Positions 13,672 through 25,438 of a DNA stretch of 64,000 nt are shown here, in pieces; within the stretch, counting starts at the first letter, position 1; each line of letters begins with the position of its first letter. Under the pieces are notes generated by a model, which ran no database searches, had not been told where the DNA came from, and saw only the letters and a program-made list of their open reading frames with translations. The stretch is from Felis catus. Lineage: Eukaryota. A program made the position numbers and the translations under genes. The stretch lies in contig NC_058368.1 of the NCBI RefSeq assembly GCF_018350175.1, forward strand, positions 744,001-808,000, given 5' to 3'.

Positions 13672-14041
13672 GTGGTACTAATCACTAGAAATAATTTGAT
13701 ATACCGACTTAGCCAGCCATATCAATTGTTCATCTGTTGTATATTTAGTTTACTCCTCTGAGGTATTTGTAGCGGGAGCCTAAGAACTGAATTTCTTTCA
13801 CCAACTTCATGCGTCTCTGGTTATTAAAGATGGCAAAGGATTGGAGCTGTGGCTAAACTGCTTCGTAACAATGGTCAGGGTGCTATGGTGCTTGTTTCAT
13901 GCATCCTCTTTTGTTATTTATGATCTGCTAATGTACCATGGTTTATGGTTTGCTAATGTATTATTTCATAGCGCTTTCATAAATGGGCACGGTTTGAGAT
14001 GCAGAATTTACAACAGATACAAAAGAGTTTTCCACTTTCAG

Positions 14042-14174
14042 GTATAAAAGGAAGCGAGTGTCTCCTGGACCTGATCGCCACATTTCTGGTACTGCAGTTT
14101 CTTTGTACCAAGTTGGAACAAAAGGGAATAGTCTTCAAATCACTGATGAAGTTGGACGATGCTTCCATTTCCAG
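14042..14174 (+). CDS. PARP4: PARP4 penultimate coding exon (133 nt)
   Basis: Acceptor tttccactttcag, donor ag|gtgact. Translates as (G)IKGSECLLDLIATFLVLQFLCTKLEQKGIVFKSLMKLDDASIS(R), matching the PARP4 C-terminal MVP-interacting region as I recall it (human GVKGRECLLDLIATMLVLQF...KSLMKMDDASISR). Phase is compatible with the next exon. Confidence 0.93.
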
Positions 14175-14509
14175 GTGACTTTAATTATCGCATTAAGTAA
14201 CTCATTTATATTTCTAACCATTTCTTGACTAAATTTTACAAGCAGCTACATGGAATTGTAAGAACAAAGAGAATTTATTCACAGGGAGTATCTTGCCTGC
14301 ACTATTCTGTCATTGGCAGGGCAGACACAGTGTTTTTGCCTCTTGGGTTCCAGGAAAAACCAGGGCTCAGAGAGTTAAGTGTAGCTTATACTGGAGCTCA
14401 GATCTATGGCTCCTGGTTTAGTGTTCTTTTCACTATGGTATATTGATTAAATGTGCTTTTGGAAAATCTGCAATACGATTGTTAGGACCAATCCTGTTCC
14501 CAATAGTTG

Positions 14510-14830
14510 CAGGCCTGGCACAAGAATATAGGTGGAAACCCACATACTATCTAAGTATTTAAAAATTATAAATGAAACTAGCAAACTGTCAAATAAAATA
14601 TGTTTTAAAGTCCTGCCTTGGCAAATACAACTTCATGAAGACTGGGTTTAAATTTAGAATTCTGTGACCACTTGGAAGTTTTATGCCATAATGTGACAGA
14701 GTGGAGAGAGACAGTTCTGGGACCCTGGCTTCTAGCCCTTGGGCTGACCTCAGGCACCACAAGAGGCCTTGAGCCTCCGTGTGAATACTTTCCTTACGTC
14801 CCAAAACTTCGTCCATACCCCATGCAAATG
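14510..14830. mobile_element. Possible ancient hAT DNA-transposon remnant (MER96B-like)
   Basis: Motif aagtatttaaaaattataaatgaaactagcaaactgtcaaataaaatatgtt resembles an old MER element, from memory. Not verified. Confidence 0.35.
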
Positions 14831-15276
14831 GTCACCCCGTATGTGTGTGTATATACACAGAATATACATACATGCACATAACACACATACATACATATAT
14901 AATTTGCTTATGCCTTTTTAAAAAGGCAAGATAAGTGGGAAAACTAGCAAAACTTATAAAAATACTATCTATAAGGAAAGGGGGAGGAGACAAGCTACGT
15001 TCTTCCTACTATATCTTGTTTTACCTTTTTGACTTTGAAACTATGTAGATATTTTGCATAATAAAGTCCATGTACCAGGGAAGAGGTATTAAACATGTTA
15101 AATTATACCATGGACTGCAATCAGCAGCATCTGGAGTGTGAGGAAATAAATGGCAAAAGAAAAAAGGCAAGGGGTGGAAGCTATAAGTTACAGGACACAT
15201 GCCCCAAAGGCAATGTGAGACCTTGTTTGGATCCTGATTTGAACAAAACCCGTATTATTTTAAAAAGAGAGAAAGA

Positions 15277-16010
15277 GGAGTGCCTGGGTGATGCAGTCAG
15301 TTAAGCATCTGACTTCGGCTCAGGTCATGATCTTGCAGTTCCTGAGTTCAAGCCTTGTGTTGGGCTCTGTGTTGCCAGCTCAGACCTGGAGCCTGCTTTA
15401 GATTCTGTGTCTCGCTCTCGCTCTGCCCTTCCCCTGCTAGCACTCTGTCTCTCTCTGTCTCTCAAAAATGAATAAATGTTAAAAAAAAAAAAATAACACA
15501 CCTTTTTTTAAAAGAGAGACAATTAAGGAGATTTAAACAGTACCTGAATGTTTTGTGATATTAAAGAATTATTTATAGCTATTTTAATGTCATGTGTAAG
15601 AAAAAGTTCTTGTCTCTTAGAGATACATATTTACAGATGAAATTAAAAAAAATAATCAAACCTGTTTTTTGGGAGTTTTTATAATGTTTATTTAACACCC
15701 ATGCTAGCGGGATGGTCAGTCAAAAGTTTACAGGCCAGCTGGATTAAAGGAAGGCCACTTGAATTAGTGAGAATACTTAAAACTAGTTTTGGGGCACCTG
15801 GGTGACTCAGTTGGCTAAACATCTGACTTTGGCTCAGGTTTCTTGAGTTTGAGCCCTGTGTTGGGCTCTGTGCTGACAGCTCAGAGCGTGGAGCCCGCTT
15901 CAGATTCTGTGTCTCCCCCTCTCTCTGCTCCTCCCCCACTCGTGCTCTGTGTGTGTGTGTCTCTCTCTCTCAAAAAAATGAATAAACATTAAAAAAATTT
16001 TTTTAATAAA
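15277..16010 (+). mobile_element. Two Can-SINEs (about 15277-15490 and 15791-16010) in the last PARP4 intron
   Basis: SINE heads and tails. The second has TSD aaaactagtttt. Confidence 0.87.
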
Positions 16011-16129
16011 TAAAACTAGTTTTGTTGCTTTCAGTAGTTAGTAACTATAAGTAGACTAATGATTACTGGCAAACAAATCTGTTTGATCGTGCTTGCCATT
16101 TATATGTTCATGTCATCATGATATTCAGC

Positions 16130-16330
16130 TAACATTTATTGATTACCTACTCTGGGCCAGGGACTATTGAGCCATGTGTTTTGTTAATCCCCACAACAAA
16201 CCTCCTAGGATCTCATATTATTATCATAATTGAGGAAACTGAGGCTTTCGGTGTTGAATGAAAGCTGCACCATATCACATAGCCAACATTGTGTGATTTC
16301 AGAGTCAGGCTTTGAAACTAGCTCTTAGCC
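16130..16330 (-). mobile_element. MIR fragment
   Basis: catttattgattacctact...tgaggaaactgaggc core motif. Confidence 0.6.
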
Positions 16331-16959
16331 ACCCACTATACTAATGGCTCTTTCCCAGTTCACAGGGAAAAAAACCAGGAAGATGGAGAGTTTTCCAAAT
16401 TTTTAGTCCCCCTGCCCATAGAATTTTTTTTTAACTTTAGTATATGTTACGACTTATTTGCTAATGAATTCTAGCAGGTGACAAAACAAATGAGGAAGTA
16501 GCTAATACTAATGAAAAAATCTCAGAATTTTTCTGAGTCTTGAATAGACTTGAATATTTGACATTCTTGAATATTCGACAGCATTTTATGAACACAAACT
16601 TGAAGTTTTTATGTAATGCACAATTTAGTAGTACGTTGTTCCTGGTTTGTATGATAATTAAATATGACAGTTTCATGGGTCTTAGGAAAATACCTAGGAA
16701 AATGGCTAACGAATCAAATTGAGAATTCCTGGTACAGTAAAAAGGAGAGAGAAATAGAAGCCTGGTTTGTAAAATAGTATTGAGTTTCTGCTTGAAGAAT
16801 GGATGGATTTAGATCAAGAAAAATGAAAAGGGACAAAAAAAGACAAATACACATAGGCTGGAGGAAGCTTGAATTGTCCTGGAGGCAGCCAGGAAGTCTG
16901 TGAAGCATTTGGAAGCTGGAAAGTGATGGGTATAATATACTTAAAAATGTATTGAATAA

Positions 16960-17421
16960 GGAGCACCTGGGTGGCTCAGTCGGTTAAGGTCCGACTTCAG
17001 CTCAGGTCATGATCTCACGGTTTGTGAGTTCGGGCCTCAGTTTGGGCCTTGTGCTGACAGCTCAGAGCCTGGAGCCTGCTTTGGATTCTGTGTCTCCCTC
17101 TCTCTCTGTCCCACCTCTGCTTGCTCTCTGTCTCTCAAAAATGAATAAACATTAAAAAAAAAAAAGAATAAACATTAAAAAATGTATCGAATTGGGGCGC
17201 CTGGGTGGCGCAGTCGGTTAAGCGTCCGACTTCAGCCAGGTCACGATCTCGCAGTCCGTGAGTTTGAGCCCCGCATCGGGCTCTGGGCTGATGGCTCAGA
17301 GCCTGGAGCCTGTTTCTGATTCTGTGTCTCCCTCTCTCTCTGCCCCTCCCCCATTCATGCTCTGTCTCTCTCTGTCCCAAAAATAAAATAAAAAAACGTT
17401 GAAAAAAAAAATTAAAAAAAA
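16960..17421 (+). mobile_element. Older Can-SINE followed by a young SINEC_Fc
   Basis: Heads at about 16960 and 17193. The target motif aaaaatgtat(t/c)gaat occurs three times. Confidence 0.9.
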
Positions 17422-17618
17422 AATGTATCGAATAAGTTAAAAGCACCATGTCAGTCTGGTAGGTAGAACTTTCATAAAATGTTAGAATTGCTTTGATTAA
17501 ATATCTTAATTTTTGACAGAATTATTTTGTCAGATCTAATGTGCTGCATTTTGTACCACGTTATATTTCGTATGTAATTATATTCTGAAATTGATGGAAA
17601 CATTTCTTTTTAATCTAG

Positions 17619-17814
17619 AAATATTCCCTGGGCTTTTGAAGAAATAAAGAAAGCAAGTGAGTGGGTAAGAAGAACCGAAGGACAATATCCATCTATCTGC
17701 CAACGGCTTGAATTGGGTCAAGACTGGGACTCTGCAACTAAGCAGCTATTGGGGATCCAAACCATAGACACCACTTCTCCTCTTCACAGAGTTCTTAATT
17801 ACAATCAAGGCTGA
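17619..17814 (+). CDS. PARP4: PARP4 last coding exon, to TGA stop
   Basis: Acceptor tttctttttaatctag. AG+A completes Arg, then NIPWAFEEIKKASEWVRRTEGQYPSICQRLELGQDWDSATKQLLGIQTIDTTSPLHRVLNYNQG*, the recognisable PARP4 C-terminus. TGA at 17812-17814. Confidence 0.94.
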
Positions 17815-18689
17815 ATCAACTGATGTTGTATTTTAAACATTATTCATGCTTCTATGTGTAAAATAATCAGATATCAATAGATACCTATAATGAAGTTTAA
17901 TTCAGATTTTATTCAATGTAGCACTCACTTTAAACAGAAACAGAATTGATTATTTTAATGAACTAACAAGTGATGACCAATTACAATATTACAGATTTTT
18001 TGTGTTTAAATGCTTAAAGTAATAAGAGATACACCTGGCTAGTCCTGGAGCCTATTTCCTTCTCCCCTTTAAGGAGTCTGGTATAGAATCTGGCCAGCTA
18101 GGCTGAGAAAGCTGGGGAGAAACAAGGCCTTTGGCTGATGTCAGTGTTGCTGACATGCCAGCCTGTTTCCAGGCCCTGAGTATCTAGACCTTTGCCCTCG
18201 GTATGCATACTCCCTGCATCCTAGTCTGTAGATCTCTTGATACATTTTTTGTCACTCAGAGAAACTAGGTGTCTCATGCAATTCTTTCATGAATCTTGCT
18301 TTTGGTATTGCATCTAAAATCCTACAGTCATGTAGATTTCTTCCTATGTTATCTTGTAGAAGTTTTATAAACTTTGCATTTTATGTTATGGTCTATGATC
18401 CATTCTGAGTTATTTTTTATGAAGGTTGTAAGGTCTTTCCATCTTCCCCTACACTACCATTTCCAGGCCGTTACCTCTCTACCTTTATGCAAAAACTTTG
18501 GTTTCTTTGAGGTTCAGTCTTTGGCTGCCCTCCAACATGTCCTCCTTGCTGTCATTCACCAAATGTTCAGTACCTCAACACATTTACATATGGTTCGGGA
18601 TTTCCCTTTCTATTGGCAGTCCTGCCTTCATCTTGACTGACTCCCCAAATCCTAATGTATGACCCCTCCTAATTCCCTGGACTCGAACC

Positions 18690-19098
18690 ACAGCTATAAT
18701 TGAGTCTTGGCAGAACTCTTTGATACCCAACGGATAGCAAGTTAGCTTGTGAGGTGCTACCATGAGGCCTTCTCCCACCTGCCTATCTCTCCAGGAGGCA
18801 GACATGAGACCGTTTTTTATCCTCCCAGTCCTGACATAAGACTCAGATACAGCTACAGACTAAAAATCCTTATAGCTGCATCTAGACTTGGCTCCTCAGC
18901 ATTGATGTGTCCCACAACTCACTTTGCAGTTATCTAGCTCCTTTTCGGGTGTGGGACAAGAACCAAGGGGAGCTGGCATCTTTGACTATCTTCCTCTTGC
19001 TGTTTATATAAGTAACAAATCATCTAAATCTAAAGTGGCTTGTTATATCTTTACTGGCTATATCAATCAGATCTTGCCGTTGGCCTTGCTGCTTGACA
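18690..19098 (+). mobile_element. Possible ancient LTR
   Basis: Ends ...gttggccttgctgcttgaca, an LTR-like CA terminus. The 5' boundary and family are uncertain. Confidence 0.35.
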
Positions 19099-19239
19099 TA
19101 ATCATAGAAGATAAACTCTTGTTTTATTAGATTAAGGAATAAAAGAATGATACCTGGTAGCAGAGTGTATGAAGGTTAACAGACTTCCTTATGTTGTTAA
19201 TGAAAACATGTACTTAGTAAAACAAAATTTTGCAATATT

Positions 19240-19682
19240 TAAAAAAATTTTTTTAATGTTTATTTTTTTTTCAACGTTTATTTATTTTTGGGACAGAGAC
19301 AGAGCATGAACGGGGGAGGGGCAGAGAGAGAGGGAGACACAGAATTGGAAACAGGCTCCAGGCTCCGAGCCATCAGCCCAGAGCCCGACGCGGGGCTCGA
19401 ACTCACTGACCGCGAGATCGTGACCTGGCTGAAGTCGGACGCTTAACCGACTGCGCCACCCAGGCGCCCCAAATGTTTATTTATTTTTGAGAGAGAGGAG
19501 AGAGAGAGAGAGAGAGAGAGAATGAGCGGGGGAGGGGCTGAGAGAGAGGAAGACACAGAATCCAAAGCGGCCTCCAAGCTCTGAGCTGTCAGCACAGAGC
19601 CTGATGCAGGGATCAAACCCATGAACCGTGAGATCATGACCTGAGCTGAAGTCAGAGCTTAACTAAGCCACCCAGGCACCCC
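19240..19682 (-). mobile_element. Young SINEC_Fc nested in the tail of an older Can-SINE
   Basis: Two antisense SINE heads (ending at 19470 and 19682). aatgtttattt is duplicated around the inner copy. Confidence 0.9.
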
Positions 19683-19849
19683 TAAAATTTTGCAATATTA
19701 ATCCAAATTTATTTTTTGCCTTAATTTGGATCTCCCAAAGTGCTCTCTGGATCACCAATTAGCTCTGGGATCCCTCAAATTAGTGAGACCACCTGAACAT
19801 TTAGATAATTAGTTAATGTTTACATATGGTGACTGCTGTTGAAACTCCT

Positions 19850-20280
19850 CATTCATTCATTCAATATTTATTGGGTACTCACTCCGTGACAGACCCTGTG
19901 CTAGGTGTGGGGGATACAACAGAGAGAAGAATCAGGTATGGCTTCTGCCCCCTGGAGCTTAGACTACAGTGGGAGCAGACAATATAAAAAATCAATCGTC
20001 TAATGCATGCACAGTTACATCTGTAGTGAGTGATCAGGGAAGACTTTCTTGAGGAAGTGATAAATGGGAGTGGATATGTCAGGTAAGAGGGAAGAGAAAA
20101 GCATTCTAGGCAAAAGGAACAGCATGTACAAAGATCCTGGGGGATGAGCAGGTTAGCCTGACCAGGAGGCAAGTGTGGCTGGAGCAGATAAAGGGAGGGG
20201 AGTGGGGTGAGCTGTGGTTGGAGCAAGGTTGGGTCCAGGCCAGGGAGGGCCTTGTCAGCCATGTTGAGAAGTTCTGTCTC
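19850..20280 (-). mobile_element. L2 3' fragment
   Basis: Tail motif cattcattcattcaatatttattg followed by ctgtgctaggtgtggggataca, typical of antisense L2. Confidence 0.75.
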
Positions 20281-20427
20281 TCCAGTCAGGGCTGCAGTTC
20301 TCTTTCAACATATTCCTTTTTAAACAAATGTGCTTATCATTGTGTACAATGACTACTTGGAATTGTTTCCTAATGATATAAATATACTGAAGGATTTACT
20401 ACTTAGGTAAACTTGAATAATCTAAAC

Positions 20428-20541
20428 TTTTTTTTTTTTAATATAATTTATTGTCAAGTTGGCTAACAGCGTATACAGTGTGCCCTTGGTTTTGGGGTAG
20501 ATTCCTGTGATTCATCGCTTACATACAACACCCAGTGCTCA
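20428..20541 (-). mobile_element. Very short 5'-truncated L1 3' end
   Basis: Poly-T then aatataattttattgtcaag...acaacacccagtgctca, similar to the L1 3' end at 33610-33665. Confidence 0.75.
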
Positions 20542-21478
20542 CAATATTAATCCAAATTTCAATCAGTACCCTCCTTGACCTATAACTTTTATTAATAGGA
20601 ATTCTACATCTGGAAATTCGTCTTACATATGGACGCACACACATGCATATGTTATATACGCATGTACATATTACAGTTGCGGAACAATGTGGAAGAGAGT
20701 ACATTTCAAAATTATATAAATGGGTGTTTATACATGTATGAGATAAAAATCTGTCGTATTCTAAACTGGTTACATCTGAGGAATAGGAACTTTATTTCTG
20801 TTACATACTTTTGAATTAAAAATTTTTTACAGTGAACATAAATTTTTATTTCAAAAATATATAAAAGCAGAAAAATAGTATAATCAATATAAATCCCATC
20901 ATTTAAGATATTTTGCCAAATTTTTATATATTTAGAACAGTCTTCTCTTGCCTCTTCTTTTGCTATTGACTTGTTGAAGAAACAAGGTCAGTCGTCCTAA
21001 AGGATGTCCCACATTCTGGATTTGATTGTTTCCACTTTTTCTTTCCCCATATTTCTTGTAAACTGGAAATTTGATCTAAGGTCCTGAATAGATTAAGGAT
21101 CAATCTTTTTGTCAACAGGAGCCATATGGTTTGGTTCTTTTACTTTTAGTAATGCTAATATGGATCAGTGGGTTTTCCAATGTGAAGTTGTGTTTCCCCT
21201 ACAACCAACAAATAATCTGTGAAGAGATACTTTGGCAGCCAGTTCGTCATCAATCTTTCACCTCATGGTTTTGTTGCCTGAATCATTTTCATGAAATATT
21301 GTGATCCTCTATCTTTTCTTCTATGCGTATTAACTGAAATTCTGAAAAAATGAGCTTTCTCTCATCAACAGATGTTGTTTACAGTATTTTTCTAAAAACT
21401 TATTTTAAAAAAGATATCCAATTATTAGAATTGTTGCGTCTTCCTTTTTAGACTGAGTCTGTGGCAGGCAGAGAGACC

Positions 21479-21830
21479 GTTAAGAATGAGACGACAGGCC
21501 CAAAACACAGTTATCTGTGCCAAGCCCCACATCAGCAAACCAAGAGTCCATACCCAACCTAACTGCAGTCTCAGCCTCTTCTAGGAATATAATCTTAACC
21601 AGGAGTCTGGAATTTCCTAGCTGTACTGGTGAGGCAGTCTGATAGACCCAGCCTTCCCCCAAAGGACAGCGAATTTTTCTGAAATAATCCTTTCGTTTAT
21701 GACTTCATGCCCCACCTCCTTTCTGCCTTGAGAAGCTTGTTTCTTTCTGCATTTCTTCGGATCTCCTTTCTATTTGCCAAATGGAATGCTGCCCCAACGT
21801 TGAATAAAACCAATGAGATCTTGCAATACA
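21479..21830 (+). mobile_element. Probable solo ERV1-type LTR upstream of the MPHOSPH8 promoter
   Basis: LTR-like motifs (gccaagccccacatcagcaaacc, acctaactgcag) and AATAAA near 21803. Termini not resolved. Confidence 0.55.
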
Positions 21831-22125
21831 GTCAGCTATATTTTAATGCCATGCTCGACTGTTTTGTATTCTTAATGCTTAGTAAAGTCCTGGTACACAG
21901 GATGCATTTACTAAACTAAACTAATAAATCACTGTGCCCACTCAAAGATCTGATGTGCCTCTCCAAATGGATCCGCTGGACCACAGATTATTCTTTAGTT
22001 AACCTCAGAGTTAATTTAAATGAATCTTGTAAATTAAGTCCACCATTCAAAGACACAAAAAATGAAAAGCTTGCTACCATAAAGATTTTATTTGCAATTC
22101 AAAGTGAGAAAAATATTTTATCCTT

Positions 22126-22173
22126 AGGTGGATTATCCTAGCAACTTTGAGGTGGATTATCCTAGCAACTTTG
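22126..22173. repeat. Perfect 24-bp tandem duplication
   Basis: aggtggattatcctagcaactttg occurs twice, at 22126-22149 and 22150-22173. Confidence 0.95.
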
Positions 22174-22308
22174 GATGACTATCTTTGTCAATCATTCATA
22201 AGGGGGACAAAATACTTTATCACGTCAATGTTTTCAATGGGGAAAAAATCTCTAGAACTTGGAAAACATGTTTTTTGGCCAGTTCCTTAAAACAAATTTT
22301 TTTTTTCC

Positions 22309-22512
22309 GGGGCGCCTGAGTGGCTCAGTCGGTTAAGCGTCCGACTTCGCTCATGATCTCACCGTTCCTGAGTCAAGTCCCTCCCCAGCTCTGTGCTGAT
22401 AGCTCAGAGCCTGGAGCACGATTTGGATTCTGCGTCTCCCTCGGTCAGCGCCCCCGCCGCTTGCACTCTGTCTCTGGCATTGTCTCAAAAATAAACAAAC
22501 ATTAAAAAAAAA
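22309..22512 (+). mobile_element. Can-SINE bordering the CpG island
   Basis: Head ggggcgcctgagtggctcagtcgg and A tail. Confidence 0.88.
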
Positions 22513-22599
22513 TTTTCCTATCTTTAAGCAATACTTAACAAAATACAATACAACTCTGAATTATGTTTGATTGGCTCGTTCACATGCGTTAAACGAATC

Positions 22600-23800
22600 A
22601 AAATTACACAGGCACGAAAGGCCGGGCATCGCGTTCCGGCCCGCTCAGGTCTGGGCGGGAGGGGGCGCTGTTTTTCCTAGGAGGCCCAGGGCTGGGCCCT
22701 TGCGCGCTCTGGACGAGGGAGGAGGCCCCACGCGGCGTTCACCCCCCTTAAGCGCCTCAGCTTCTCTTCCAGGGCGAGCTCCCGCGCTCCGGTGTTCCCC
22801 GGCCACCCCTTCCCGACCCAGGAAGCACCGGGGAGCCCGCCTCCGCCGCCCGTTCCAGCTCCACGCCGGAGTCCCCCCCTCCCGAGGTACCCCGTCAGCC
22901 TCCGTCCTTTCTCCTCACGCGCCCTGACAAGCCCCTCCCCCGAGTCGTTCCCACCCCTCGCGTCAGGGGCTCCCAAACAGCCCTCCGGGACCCCTCGCCT
23001 GCGCCAGAGGTGCCCCGCGCGCTCGTCTCTCACGGCCCGAGCCGCCCCGCCCTTCCGCCGGAGCGCCCCTCCGCCCGCCCACCCGCTTCCCGTAGGCTCC
23101 GCGGGGCCCCGGCGCGCCCGCCTCCATCTGATTGGCTTAAGCGCGTGTCGCTCCAGGGTCCCGAGCCCGCCATTGGCGGGTTTCCCTCTCAGTCGCGTCA
23201 CGCTGCCCGAGTGGATTACAGCCGAGTGCGGAGCGCGAGGAACCGCCAGGGTGTGTGTCGCAGCCGCTCGCCTTCGGCGGTTTGCTAGGCTCCTATTATG
23301 GCGGCGGCGGCGGCGGTTGCGGAGGAAGCGAGCGTGACCGCAGCTGTTTCAGGTGCCGACAGCAATGGTGAGTCTCCTGAAGTCGAAGGAGAAGGTGTTG
23401 GAGCAGTGGGCCAAGAGAAGGACGCAGCCACGAAAGGAGCGGAGGCCGTTGGAGACAGCGAGGAGGACGGGGAGGATGTGTTCGAGGTGGAAAAGATACT
23501 GGACATGAAGACGGAGGGGGTACGTGGGCGCCGGGGGAGGCGAGGCTGGGCGTGCAGGGCTTGAAGTGCAGAAGTGGGGAGCGATGGGAGTTCTGTAGAG
23601 GGTTGCCGCGCGGAAACGCGAAGCCCTCCCCGAATTCACAAGGTGGAAAAGCTTGTGCAGACACGCGACGTGGGCGGGGGAAAGGAACGTGACATCCAGA
23701 GCCGACGCAAGCGCGCGCACGTTGGGAGCCCTGCGGTGACAACCCTGGACGGACTCTTGGGCTGTCTGTGGCGGTGAGGGTACGTTTCAAGAAGTTTGAA
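22600..23800 (+). promoter_or_regulatory. CpG island promoter of MPHOSPH8
   Basis: Abrupt GC/CpG-rich stretch in AT-rich DNA spanning exon 1. GC boxes (ccgccc), inverted CCAAT boxes at 23131-23135 and 23172-23176, a CGTCA half-site near 23196, and no TATA box seen. Confidence 0.9.
23298..23519 (+). CDS. MPHOSPH8: MPHOSPH8 (MPP8) coding exon 1: acidic N-terminus and start of chromodomain
   Basis: ATG in strong context (attATGg). Encodes MAAAAAVAEE...GDSEEDGEDVFEVEKILDMKTEG (74 aa). Donor ggg|gtacgt, phase 0. Confidence 0.96.
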
Positions 23801-24944
23801 AGGGTTGTGTGGCCAGAAGAGAGGAAGCAGGGTAGGCTGCGGTGTGTGAGTATCAAGGGGGCCGACCGTTGGTGAAGGATTTGTCACGGTCATCAGTGTT
23901 TAGATAACTGATTGGGGCCACTGCTCAGTGCTGGAAAGGAGTGACGCTGAAATCGTGCCGCTTCTCAGAGTCCGTTGTCCACGCCGTCGTCTCAGTGTTT
24001 TCCAAGGCCGTGATCGGTTTTCTGCTTTCAGATCGTTCAGATCTTCTCGTGCTCAGAATCGCGTCCAGGAGGTGGCATTTAAAGGTCTCCAAAGCCTGAC
24101 CATTATCTTTCCTCTCTTCTTGCATATTATGTGATTGTAGCCACACAGTAATACGTGAAATTCTTCATCACACTTGGCGCTTCCTGTTCTCTTTCTCCTC
24201 AGTCTCTCAGGTCTTACTCTCTCTCCCGGAGTCAGTTTGTCTGTGACATCCTTTTTTGACCCTGGTCCCTGCAGAGTGAGGTGCTTCTTCATTTATGCCC
24301 TTGTAACACTTTGTTTAGACCTCTGTTTTAGCACTTAAAGCACTAATCTTTATATATGTCTGCCTCTCCTGCTAGGTTTAGGCTCCTTTAATACAGGAAA
24401 TATGGTTATTATTACTTTTTGTATCAGTGGTACTCAATCCACTGCCTGTCGTGCAGTAAGTGCTTTGTGTATATCACATTATTGAATGAGTGAATGAATC
24501 ATGGACTGCAGGCTGGGGTGAAGGAGAGAGGGTGGAAGGATGGACAATAAGGAAACTAGTAACTAATTTGTCTCAGTAGGTAAGTGTGAGATGACCAAAG
24601 GTCCCATATCGTAGTCGGATCGGTATGTTCTTTTTATTGTCTGTTATTTTCTATTTGTCACGTGCTACTTTGTGTTAATTTTTTTGTCCATTCATTCAGC
24701 AAACTTTTTTTTTTAAATCACATATTTTGTGCTAGGTGCAGTGTTAAGTTCTGAGGATATAGAGATGAATTGTAGCTTACACGGTTGCTTACACTGAAAA
24801 GTTCTGGCTATTGAGGATAAATAATTGAAGTCTAATGCCATTAATATTATTGTTAGTTGCAATACAGTAAACGTAGGAACTTTGTTTTGTATAGTTTTCC
24901 CAAACATATTACAAAAGCGCCTTGATGAGAGTAGAGCCAGTCTT

Positions 24945-25438
24945 TTTAAAAATTTTTTAATGTTCATTTATTTTGAGAGAGAGAGAGAGAGCATGAACAG
25001 GGGAGGAGCAGAGAGAGAGGGAGACACAGACTCTGAAGCAGGCTCCAGGCTCTGAGCTGTCAGCACAGCGCCTGATGCAGGGCTCGAACCCACAAACCAC
25101 AAGATTATGATCTGAGCTGAAGTTGGATGCTTAACCAACTGAGCCACCCAGATGCCCCAAGAGAATAGAGCCAATCTTAAACTGTTTTTGTATCACCTTC
25201 ATTTAATACAAGTGCTTGGCACATATAAGATATTTAGAAAAATCTGGGCACCTGGGTGGCTCAATTGGTTAAGCATCCGACTCTTGATTTCAGTTCAGGT
25301 TGTCATCTCCTGTTTCCTGAGCCCTGTGTAGGGCTCTGCACTGACAGTGGAGAGCCAGCTCGGGATTCTCTCTCTCCCTCTCTGTCTCTCTGCCCCTCCC
25401 CCCCGCCTTAAACCAATTAAATAAACCTTTAAAAAAAA
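24945..25438. mobile_element. Divergent Can-SINE pair (- at about 24945-25158, + at about 25246-25438)
   Basis: Opposite-strand SINE heads about 90 bp apart. The second has TSD aagatatttagaaaa. Confidence 0.85.

Noticed and set aside
22571..23893. Many overlapping 80-186 aa ORFs on both strands in the CpG island
   Set aside because: Expected from the scarcity of stop codons in GC-rich DNA. The Pro/Arg-rich peptides are unrecognisable, and only the 23298 frame is MPP8.
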